Below, piece by piece: positions 9,045 to 16,776 of a stretch of 64,000 bases of DNA. The DNA lies in assembly GCA_045599525.1 (NCBI GenBank), contig JAZRWD010000032.1, positions 1,633 to 65,632 of the forward strand. The letters are read 5' to 3'. The notes below the pieces were generated by a model, which was not told the origin of the DNA, did not search any database, and saw only the letters and a list, made by a program, of their open reading frames with translations. This DNA comes from Candidatus Limivicinus sp. GTDB lineage: Bacteria > Bacillota > Clostridia > Oscillospirales > Oscillospiraceae. Every line of letters starts with the position of its first letter. The first letter of the stretch is position 1. Position numbers and translations under genes: made by a program.

Positions 9045-10331
9045 TCACTGTTTCTTTTTTCGTTTTTTTATCGCACCTGAGCCTCGTGCCAGCTTTGTTT
9101 CTTCCAGCCGGCACTCTACCTCAGTTGTTTTTTCTTCTAGCGAAGATTCCACTGTTTCTGCTTCTGACAGGAAAAGATCTTCCACAGCCGGCATACTCTC
9201 CGTTCGCTCCCCTGAGGTCAGAAGCTCCGTATCCCACAAAAGCGGCTCGTCTGTATGTGTAGGCTTCTGTTCTGTTTGTTCCGACTCTGTTGCCACGGAT
9301 TCCCTACTTTTTCCCGCGTGAATACCATCAGCCTGAAGAGAAACATCGGCATCCTTCTTTTTCCTTTTTTTCGTACTTGTTTTGCGTTTTGGAACAGGCA
9401 TTTCCGGTAAGTCATCCAAGCCAAGCACAGTCTCGAAAATGGAGACCGGCCGCTCGGTCTGCTCTATTGCATTTCCGCTCAACACTGCAGCCGGCACAAA
9501 GCGCTCCGCCTCAATTGGAGCATCGGCCCTAGACCGTTCTGTCATTATTCCATACTCACGCTCGAAAGCATTGATCACCGCCAGCTGGAACGAATCCAGG
9601 AAACCGTGCATACTGTTGCGCAGGCTGTTCGGTACGCCGTAGTAAGCTTCAGCAATACTGCCTGCTATAGCTGCGATAGTGTCACTGTCCCCGCCGATAG
9701 ATACGGCGTTTCGCAGAGTATCCTCGAAACTCTCGCTTTCCAGGAAGGCCACAATTGCCTGGGGAACAGACCCTGCACAGCTGACGTCAAACTCATAGCT
9801 GTCCCGTATCTCATCCAGTGTAAAATCCACAAAATAGTATCTCTCGCGTATCGCCTTTCTGATCTGTCCCTTTGTACTACCATGCAGAGCCAGATAGATT
9901 GCCTCCGTAACTGCTTCGGCACCCTTTATCCCCTCCGGATGGTTATGGGTCACCGATGTTACAAGATCGGATAGGAATCGGGCCTCCTCGAGAGAATGTG
10001 CAACATAAGCCACCGGACTCACTCGCATAGCTGCTCCGTTCCCAAAGCTCTCATAGGGGTGCGGATCGACACTCTCCAGCCATGCACGAAAGCGTCTTCC
10101 ATAGCCCGCATAAGGATACTTTCGGCCGAATTCCTGCATCCGTACAACGACTGCTGCAGGTAATCCGTCTTCTGCTCCTGCGCAGTCCAGCAATGCCTGG
10201 GCAACAGCCATTGTCATTACGCTGTCATCGGTAAATGCACAACGGAAGTGAAGCAGGTCAAAATCTTTGCTTTTTGTGTTATTCCATTCAAATCGGGAAC
10301 CTGCTATGTCCCCAATAATAGCACCGATCAT
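9045..10331 (-). CDS. ADP-ribosylglycohydrolase family protein with a ~165-aa disordered C-terminal extension
   Basis: MIGAIIGDIAGSRFEW...FTDDSVMTMAVAQAL...GNGAAMRVSP...SIGGDSDTIAAIAGSIAEAYYG are typical ARH/DraG-family motifs. The tail from ~residue 263 is E/T/S/K-rich with two KKRKKK patches. Confidence 0.85.
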   Translation of the reverse strand: MIGAIIGDIAGSRFEWNNTKSKDFDLLHFRCAFTDDSVMTMAVAQALLDCAGAEDGLPAAVVVRMQEFGRKYPYAGYGRRFRAWLESVDPHPYESFGNGAAMRVSPVAYVAHSLEEARFLSDLVTSVTHNHPEGIKGAEAVTEAIYLALHGSTKGQIRKAIRERYYFVDFTLDEIRDSYEFDVSCAGSVPQAIVAFLESESFEDTLRNAVSIGGDSDTIAAIAGSIAEAYYGVPNSLRNSMHGFLDSFQLAVINAFEREYGIMTERSRADAPIEAERFVPAAVLSGNAIEQTERPVSIFETVLGLDDLPEMPVPKRKTSTKKRKKKDADVSLQADGIHAGKSRESVATESEQTEQKPTHTDEPLLWDTELLTSGERTESMPAVEDLFLSEAETVESSLEEKTTEVECRLEETKLARGSGAIKKRKKKQ

Positions 10332-10408
10332 CCGATTGCTCCTCAGTCAAAAATCATTGGTATTATACACGTCAGTGATACTATCCTCAAGACTTTTGTA
10401 GCTGAACC

Positions 10409-10446
10409 CTAAAAACGGGGCAACTGCAGATTGCAGAAGCCCCGTT
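10409..10446 (-). terminator. Intrinsic terminator after the AGCS transporter gene
   Basis: Minus strand: AACGGGGC...GCCCCGTT stem followed by TTTTT, about 40 nt after the stop at 10485. Confidence 0.75.
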
Positions 10447-10484
10447 CCCAGTTTATTTATTCGTTTCAGGCAGACTTTTTTTCA

Positions 10485-11918
10485 TTACTTGTTCCAGTAA
10501 TCCGTTTTTTCTTTGATTCCTGCCGCAGCTGCATTATAGACAGGATCCTTTCCTGCTTTGCGCTGTGCGCTATAGTCCGCAAGGCAGACAACCGCAGGTT
10601 TGGCCAGGATTACGATAACCGGAACGTTGATCACAACCATAAGAGCCTGCAGAAGGTCTGCTGTATCCCAGACAAGGCCCATGCTGACGATTGCACCCAA
10701 AAATACAATCGCAGATGCGCAAAGACGGAAAACTGTAAGGAAAGACTGACTCGGCTTTCTCTTTAGGATGAAACGCAGGCAACCTTCGCAGTAATAGTAG
10801 TTTCCAATCAGAGTAGTAAATGCAAAGAGAGACATGGACACGGCAATGAAAATGGGGCCAAAGGCGCCAAACTCACTTGCCAGAGCTGCCTGAACATAAG
10901 GAGCACCGGCCAGGCCGCTATCCGGATCAACACCGGAAAGAAGGCACATAAAGGCAGTTGCCGTGCAGATGAGCAGAGTGTCAATGAAAACAGAAAGCAT
11001 CTGGACAAGACCCTGCTTTGCGGGATGGGACACATCTGCAGTTGCCGCTGCGTTCGGCGCAGAGCCCATACCTGCTTCGTTGGAGTAGAGACCACGCTTA
11101 ATGCCCCACATCATGCAGGAACCGGTGAAACCGCCAAAAATTGAAGCAAAATCAAATGCATTGCTCAGAATAGCAGCAATCATTGCAGGAAATTTACCGA
11201 TGTTCAATACGATAACCAGGAGAGCAACAAGAATGTAGATAACACCCATGATTGGCACCAGGAATCCGGTAACCTTGATGAGTCGCTTACCGCCGCCGAG
11301 GACGCAGATTGCAAACAGCACTGCAAGGATCACGCCAATGACAGCAGGTGTGCTGCTTCCATAGAAGGAGAAAGCGGCGAAGGTCGACTGCAGGTTGTAA
11401 GACGCAAGTGCATTATAGCCGACCGCATAAGTCAGAATAACAATTACCGCAAAGATAATGCCGAGCCAGCGCTGCTTGAGCGCCGTTTCCATGTAGTAAG
11501 ACGGACCGCCGTAGCTTGTGCCGTCATTATCACGCCTTTTATAGATCTGTGCCAAGGCAGATTCTACAAAGGCAGAGGCACCGCCGATGAGAGCAATCAC
11601 CCACATCCAGAAAACTGCGCCGACACCGCCGAGACAAATTGCGGTAGATACGCCAACGATGTTACCCGTACCAACACGAGAGGCAGTAGACACCATCAGT
11701 GCACCAAAGGAACTGATGCTGTTTTCATCCGCAGGTTTTTCGGTAACTACCTTAATTGATTCGCCAAAGAGACGGAACTGTACAAACTTGGTGCGCACGG
11801 TAAAGTAGAGGCCACCCACCATCAGGAAAACAATAACAAACGGGATGGGCAGGAAGGCAGGGCCACTGTAAAGGAAACCACTTATCGCATTTACTACGGC
11901 ATCAATGCTGTCGATCAT
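10485..11918 (-). CDS. Alanine/glycine:cation symporter (AGCS family)
   Basis: 477 aa polytopic membrane protein. The N-terminus ISGFLYSGPAFLPIPFVIVFLMVGGLYFTVRTKFVQFRLFGESIKVV and the later GVSTAICLGGVGAVFWMW are typical of the sodium:alanine symporter family. Confidence 0.9.
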   Translation of the reverse strand: MIDSIDAVVNAISGFLYSGPAFLPIPFVIVFLMVGGLYFTVRTKFVQFRLFGESIKVVTEKPADENSISSFGALMVSTASRVGTGNIVGVSTAICLGGVGAVFWMWVIALIGGASAFVESALAQIYKRRDNDGTSYGGPSYYMETALKQRWLGIIFAVIVILTYAVGYNALASYNLQSTFAAFSFYGSSTPAVIGVILAVLFAICVLGGGKRLIKVTGFLVPIMGVIYILVALLVIVLNIGKFPAMIAAILSNAFDFASIFGGFTGSCMMWGIKRGLYSNEAGMGSAPNAAATADVSHPAKQGLVQMLSVFIDTLLICTATAFMCLLSGVDPDSGLAGAPYVQAALASEFGAFGPIFIAVSMSLFAFTTLIGNYYYCEGCLRFILKRKPSQSFLTVFRLCASAIVFLGAIVSMGLVWDTADLLQALMVVINVPVIVILAKPAVVCLADYSAQRKAGKDPVYNAAAAGIKEKTDYWNK

Positions 11919-11959
11919 TTTTTCTCTCCTTTTTATTTTTTGCTTTTTTTACCCTACGG

Positions 11960-11989
11960 ATTATAGCATGGAGAAGAAGCGCAAATCAA
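11960..11989 (-). promoter_or_regulatory. Promoter of the AGCS transporter gene
   Basis: Minus strand: TTGATT (11984-11989), 18 nt spacer ending in TGC, TATAAT (11960-11965). The leader is only ~40 nt, so there is no room for a riboswitch. Confidence 0.55.
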
Positions 11990-12087
11990 CCATTTCCAAA
12001 AATTACTTTTCCGGGATAGATGTTTGTTGCCTTAAAATGGAATTTGAGCCTATATTCACCGAAATGCTACAAAAATTACCAGAAAAC

Positions 12088-12125
12088 GCAGAAAAAGGAC
12101 GACTTCGTGTTGAAATCGTCCTTTT
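12088..12125 (-). terminator. Intrinsic terminator after tRNA-Pro
   Basis: 10-bp stem AAAAGGACGA / TCGTCCTTTT (12093-12102 / 12116-12125) immediately 3' of the tRNA, followed by a T-rich tract on the minus strand. Confidence 0.7.
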
Positions 12126-12127
12126 CT

Positions 12128-12203
12128 TGGTCCGAGTGACTAGATTTGAACTAGCGGCCTCTTGAACCCCATTCAAGCGCGCTACCATCTGCGCTACACC
12201 CGG
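12128..12203 (-). tRNA. tRNA-Pro (anticodon GGG), 76 nt, CCA encoded
   Basis: Minus-strand sequence CCGGGTG TA GCGC AGATGGTA GCGC G CTTGA AT-GGG-GT TCAAG AGGCC GCTAG TTCAAAT CTAGT CACTCGG A CCA. The cloverleaf was folded by hand: 7-bp acceptor stem with one G-U, GCGC D-stem, TTCAAAT T-loop. Confidence 0.9.
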
Positions 12204-12221
12204 ATGCCTTACAGCTTTGTT

Positions 12222-12250
12222 ATAATAGCACAGACAAAATACTTTTGCAA
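12222..12250 (-). promoter_or_regulatory. Dedicated promoter for tRNA-Pro
   Basis: Minus strand: TTGCAA (12245-12250), 17 nt spacer ending in TGC, TATTAT (12222-12227). It lies ~18 nt upstream of the mature tRNA 5' end. Confidence 0.55.
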
Positions 12251-12281
12251 GTCTTTTTTTAAAAAAGTTAAAAAACTTTAT

Positions 12282-12845
12282 TTACTCGATTTTCCACTCG
12301 CTGACAGCATAGTGATTAAGCTTAAAAGCATGCTTCGCCAGTCTGGCCAAGGGCAGATCTGCATTGGAGTCGGAGTAAAAGCCATCGATTTCAGCATCTC
12401 CGAAAGCTTCATGAAACCGAACGACCTTCGCCTCATCGTGGCAATTTTCCCCTTCAATCTGCCCGGTAGCAGAATCCATCCGAGTCCCCAACAGGGTCAC
12501 GCCCAAACGTTCCGCCACTGGCCGCAGCAAAAATTCCGGTGACGCCGAAATAATAACATCGTCTTCCCTCTTTTGCTGCAGATACCACTCACCGATTCCA
12601 GTCCAGTTTTCTGCCCAGAATTCCTCTACCAGTTCTTCGATGTCCGGAATCCGCTTAAGAAAAGAAAATGCAGCCTGCTTCAGTTCCTTGGTGCGACACA
12701 GCCCCATCATTTTTCCCAAACCATACACTGCCATTCTCGGCACGGAGGACAAAACGGCCCCCGGCCTTTTCTTCAGACAGAATCTCACAAAGGAGTATGA
12801 GCTGTCCGGATAAAAAATCGTCTTGTCAAAATCGTATACGTTCAT
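12282..12845 (-). CDS. HAD superfamily hydrolase, subfamily IB (phosphoserine-phosphatase-like)
   Basis: 187 aa. Motif I is VYDFDKTIF (DxDxT). Motif III/IV is GFYSDSNADLPLA. The ATG is 2 nt after the stop of the upstream ATPase-like gene. Confidence 0.75.
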   Translation of the reverse strand: MNVYDFDKTIFYPDSSYSFVRFCLKKRPGAVLSSVPRMAVYGLGKMMGLCRTKELKQAAFSFLKRIPDIEELVEEFWAENWTGIGEWYLQQKREDDVIISASPEFLLRPVAERLGVTLLGTRMDSATGQIEGENCHDEAKVVRFHEAFGDAEIDGFYSDSNADLPLARLAKHAFKLNHYAVSEWKIE

Positions 12846-12847
12846 TC

Positions 12848-15800
12848 TTATTTTCTTCTATGGCGACGCCAGCTGCCGATGCGCGTAAATACTTCCTTCA
12901 CAGGTGCCAGATTAATACGAATACCGTTGTTGATCCATGCAAGCAATTCAACACCGAACAGTAGGATTGCAGCCAGACCGATTGGGAGAATGTCCAGCAG
13001 AAGCAGCAGAAACACCACTGCCCTTGCGCCAAGGTTTGTCGTCAACGCAACAAGAGCGGAGCGCTCCGCCTGAAGTGCATATCCAAATGCATCCGAAATG
13101 CTGCTCAGGTCAGTTCCCAGCATGCATACATCGGCGTTTTCCATGGCCTTAATATCGCCCAGTACATTGTGCGCAATACCAACATCCGCCCGGTCAAGCA
13201 TTTCCGCATCCGTTGAATAATCACCGATAAAGGCCAGCTTTGCCCCATCTTCTTTTCCGGACATCAGATAGGCAAAGGCTGCCTGCTTTTCTTCTGACGT
13301 CAGTTCGGATTTAACCATATCAAAATTGAGTGCAGAGGCAACCGACCGTGCGACACCGCGTACCGCGCCCGTCAGCAGGTCGAAACTGCGTATTCCATTC
13401 AGACGCATATCATCCAACGCTTCAAAGGCCTTCGGTCGAATAGAATCCCGAATGAGGATGCCGCCGCAATACCGTCCATCCACAGCAACGTGAACCAGAT
13501 TGCCGTTGTAATTGACAAATCTGGCGTCCGCAGTGTGGAGGTTGTCTACCGCAATGTGGAGCGCATTGCCGACGCTGACATGATGATTCCCCACAAAAGC
13601 AGTGAGACCACGACCGCTGCTTTCTGAGATTTCAATATTGCTGATGAGTGCTTCATTGTCGCTGATATCCGCTGCGCGGATAGCCTTAGCAATAGGATGC
13701 CCGGATTTTGCCTCTGCTGCTGCCGCAATCGAAAGAAGCTGTCCCTCCTTCAGGCCACTGATTGGATGAACCTCCGTGACCTTGAATTCCGCATCCGTAA
13801 GAACTCCGGTCATCGTTGTCACCAGTGTTTTTACCTTGGACATTGCCGAAACCAGAAAGCTCTGCCGAAACAGAACTCCACGCTTTGCACTATCATAGAT
13901 TCCCGTAACATAGGCCTGGGCAACTGTTGTGCTCATTTCTCCCATAGCTGCCAGCAGGAGACATATCGCCATTGCGGAAAAACCGCCCGTTATATTTTCC
14001 TGTGCAACCGCACGGATCAACAGCAGCAGCAAACCAAGTGCAACAAAGGCCGGTGTACAATACTTTGCGCTGACCTCCGCACGTCGCAGGAGCGCTGCTT
14101 TTCCGCCGGCGGATGCCTTAGCCGCCGCAATAAATCGGTCGGCAAAAGAAGTTCCTACTTCTTCCATCACCATAATACGCAGAGGGGAAGTACGGTTAAT
14201 TGTCCCCGCGTACACTTTCGTCCCCGCACGAGCACGAACGGGCATCGCTTCCCCGGCAATAGGAGAAATATCAATTTCGCTTATTCCCTGCGTTACTACG
14301 CCATCCGCGGCAATGGTTTCGCCTGGTTCAACACGGATCATATCGCCGCAATGCAACGTCTTCAAGGAGACGTACCGCAAGCTCCCGCCCACCTCCAGAG
14401 TCGCTCCGGTAGGAAGAAGCGCCGTGATGTCTGCCAGTGTTTCACTGTTTTTGTAGGCTGTGTAACTAGCTGCAATCGACACAACACGGCGGCAAAGCAT
14501 GATTACTGCAGCAGCGCCAAAATTTCCGATGCTCAAACTAATCAGCGACGCCGCACAGCACAGTACCGCATCGGACAGGAAATGGCGGTTTTGCAGATTT
14601 CTGACAGCCTGCAGGATCACTGCATAACCGGTCAATGCCAAAGCCAACAAATACAGTATGTTTTCCGTCAGTCGAACAGGATGGACAATAGCCGTAAACA
14701 CGATCAGCAACAGCGCCACTGCACAGCATACCACATCGACGGTAAGTGACTGCACATCCACACTACCGGCAGACGCATTTTGAACAGCCGCCCTCCCCTT
14801 GGCTTCTCTGCCGGAGAGGAGCTGATGTATGGACGCCGTTATTCCGTCTTTCTTTTTTCGCCATGTGTTTGAATCAGTTGCTGTCTTTTTCTCTTCTCTT
14901 GCCGTATGCTGCCCGGTCAGAGACTTTTCCTCTTTCTTCGGTATATCATCCAGGCTGTCTGCAGCAGCAACTGACTGGCGTTCTTCAGGTTCAACAGTAC
15001 TCTTCTCTTCTTTACTCGGAGAAATGCTGACGGAAGTTTCCGCAGAAAACATCTCAATATCCTTCTCATCTTCACTTTGCCCGGAAGAACGATCATCGGT
15101 AAAGGGATTATCTGCCAAAGCGGCTGTTTCCGCATCGTTCTCCGCAAGAACAGGCGCAGCTTCATCAGCTTCCTCATTCAGCTCCTGGCGGCTAAGCTTT
15201 TGGATAGGTATCGCGCCGCTGAATCTGCCTAAAAGCTCTGCCGTACGATTCTCGACCGAACTTCTCTGATGCTCTGCAATCGGTTCGGCAGGCGGTACAT
15301 ATTCTTCGCCGTTAAAGGCGGCAGAAGCACGCATAACCGCACTCGCCGTGTTCGCTTTCTCGGCCTTTCCCTTTCGCAGAGAACGCTTCAGCTTTTGGAA
15401 TGTCTCTGATTTTTCGGTTGTTTCCGTGAAAGAGCTGCCGGCACTACGAACAGACTGTACGAGCCCTTGCAAGGCCTTGTTTCCGCTAACCCGTTCCTTT
15501 TTTTTTGTATGCCTAGGCACTGCTGCATCACTTTTCGTTGCAACAGAGTATCCCGCTTCCTGTGTATCGGTCTCTTCCTCCGGCTCCGTTAAACTATCGT
15601 CCGAAAGCAGAGCGTCCAGCCAACTGTCATCTGCAGCTCCTGCTTCCGTCGCGTTCTCTTCATACAGGACGGAGCTGTCCAGGTTTATTTCCGGCATTGT
15701 CGCTGCCGTAATCTTCTCCTGAGCTGTTTCAGCAGAAATCGCTGCATCCGATTCAACTTCTAAACCATCTCCTGACAGAACATCAGAAAAGTCCTCATCT

Positions 15801-16102
15801 GCCAGTGACTCCGCCAGCCACGCGTCAAGATCCGGATCATAGCTCTCGGCTTCCGAAAACAGGAACTCTGTTTCCGTTGTTTCCTCTGGCCAACCTTCCG
15901 AAAGCTCCGATTCTCTTTCTGCAGAAGGAGCATCCGCTTGTGCCTTCAAAACAGCTGCCTTCTTACTGCCGAATCGCTTTCCACCCGCAACAATTTCTTT
16001 CCATGAAGAAATACGGTTTCGAAGTGCGTTTCCGGATTCAGTTTTTTTATTTTGGTCAGTTGGTTTCAAATGTTGTGCCATTGTATCAGGCTCCTGCAAC
16101 AT
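12848..16102 (-). CDS. P1B-type (heavy-metal) ATPase homologue with degenerate catalytic motifs and a ~450-aa acidic low-complexity N-terminus
   Basis: Residues ~455-1084 are collinear with CopA-type pumps (PGETIAADGVV, AGTINRTSPL, SGHPIAKAI, ADVGIA). However, DKTGT is TMTGV, TGES is AGEA, CPC is MGE, and GDGxND is GDYSTD. An alternative start at 16081 has a better AGGAG. Confidence 0.8.
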   Translation of the reverse strand: MLQEPDTMAQHLKPTDQNKKTESGNALRNRISSWKEIVAGGKRFGSKKAAVLKAQADAPSAERESELSEGWPEETTETEFLFSEAESYDPDLDAWLAESLADEDFSDVLSGDGLEVESDAAISAETAQEKITAATMPEINLDSSVLYEENATEAGAADDSWLDALLSDDSLTEPEEETDTQEAGYSVATKSDAAVPRHTKKKERVSGNKALQGLVQSVRSAGSSFTETTEKSETFQKLKRSLRKGKAEKANTASAVMRASAAFNGEEYVPPAEPIAEHQRSSVENRTAELLGRFSGAIPIQKLSRQELNEEADEAAPVLAENDAETAALADNPFTDDRSSGQSEDEKDIEMFSAETSVSISPSKEEKSTVEPEERQSVAAADSLDDIPKKEEKSLTGQHTAREEKKTATDSNTWRKKKDGITASIHQLLSGREAKGRAAVQNASAGSVDVQSLTVDVVCCAVALLLIVFTAIVHPVRLTENILYLLALALTGYAVILQAVRNLQNRHFLSDAVLCCAASLISLSIGNFGAAAVIMLCRRVVSIAASYTAYKNSETLADITALLPTGATLEVGGSLRYVSLKTLHCGDMIRVEPGETIAADGVVTQGISEIDISPIAGEAMPVRARAGTKVYAGTINRTSPLRIMVMEEVGTSFADRFIAAAKASAGGKAALLRRAEVSAKYCTPAFVALGLLLLLIRAVAQENITGGFSAMAICLLLAAMGEMSTTVAQAYVTGIYDSAKRGVLFRQSFLVSAMSKVKTLVTTMTGVLTDAEFKVTEVHPISGLKEGQLLSIAAAAEAKSGHPIAKAIRAADISDNEALISNIEISESSGRGLTAFVGNHHVSVGNALHIAVDNLHTADARFVNYNGNLVHVAVDGRYCGGILIRDSIRPKAFEALDDMRLNGIRSFDLLTGAVRGVARSVASALNFDMVKSELTSEEKQAAFAYLMSGKEDGAKLAFIGDYSTDAEMLDRADVGIAHNVLGDIKAMENADVCMLGTDLSSISDAFGYALQAERSALVALTTNLGARAVVFLLLLLDILPIGLAAILLFGVELLAWINNGIRINLAPVKEVFTRIGSWRRHRRK

Positions 16103-16437
16103 AGTTTATCCGAAACCGATGCTAAGCGGTTTCTCCATAAAAGTGTGGCACATGACAGCCGAAACTGCCAAAAATACCATTATATCAATTCAATAAATTA
16201 AATTTTACCGCGTGCTCTCTTTGCTGTCAACAAAGTTTTCTCTATTTCTGTTCAATAAATGGAATAATTCTGTTTTTCTTGCCTTTTTCTCGAAAAGATG
16301 TTTTGCAAAAAGCACTTTCTTCCTATCGGAAGTTTTTCCTTCTCTTTGCCGGATCTACCTCTCCTCCTGCATCAGAAACTCGCTACACCTTGTTTGGTGT
16401 GGAGGGCGATCGTTTTGTTCTATATTTAGCGCTGTTT

Positions 16438-16457
16438 TTCAGTATTATTCAGTATTA
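16438..16457. repeat. Perfect tandem duplication of the 10-mer TTCAGTATTA
   Basis: TTCAGTATTA at 16438-16447 and again at 16448-16457, inside a ~500-bp AT-rich non-coding spacer. Confidence 0.9.
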
Positions 16458-16617
16458 GCGTTTTTTTCGGTACATTATCTTACCGCCATCATTCGCTAGT
16501 TTTAGAACATTTTCTTAGTAGTTTAGCTTATTATCAAGGATTCTATTCTAATATTGTCTCATTTTATTCCAAGAAATCGCATATAGGTCTGATTTGTTTT
16601 TTACTCATAAAAAAGTA

Positions 16618-16646
16618 TTGACATTTTGGTTGGCACGCTTTATAAT
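16618..16646 (+). promoter_or_regulatory. Consensus sigma-A promoter upstream of glnN
   Basis: TTGACA (16618-16623), exactly 17 nt spacer, TATAAT (16641-16646). Confidence 0.75.
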
Positions 16647-16661
16647 CCACACATATTTTGA

Positions 16662-16713
16662 AGCGGCAATGGCGTCGTGCAGGAGATATGCATGATGTCG
16701 GTCGCTCTTTTTT
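16662..16713 (+). terminator. Terminator-shaped hairpin in the glnN 5' leader (candidate attenuator)
   Basis: Outer stem AGCGGC (16662-16667) / GTCGCT (16701-16706). Inner stem GGCGTCGTGCA (16671-16681) / TGCATGATGTC (16689-16699), with G-U pairs. Then C plus T6 (16708-16713). The glnN ATG is at 16777. Confidence 0.55.
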
Positions 16714-16776
16714 ATTATCCATTTCCTAAACAGGGTGAAAAAGCAGACCCAATTCTACAACAAAGGGGACTCCGTA

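Noticed and set aside
11919-12087. Glycine riboswitch upstream of the AGCS transporter
   Set aside because: The predicted promoter leaves only a ~40-nt leader, and I see no tandem aptamer-like structure.
13697-14749. 350-aa plus-strand ORF inside the ATPase-like gene
   Set aside because: It is antisense. The product is Arg/Cys/Gln-rich with no motifs, whereas the minus-strand frame is collinear with P-type ATPases.
16212-16499. 95-aa ORF in the AT-rich spacer
   Set aside because: The F/L/S-rich translation is typical of a random frame in AT-rich DNA. It has a non-ATG start and no RBS.
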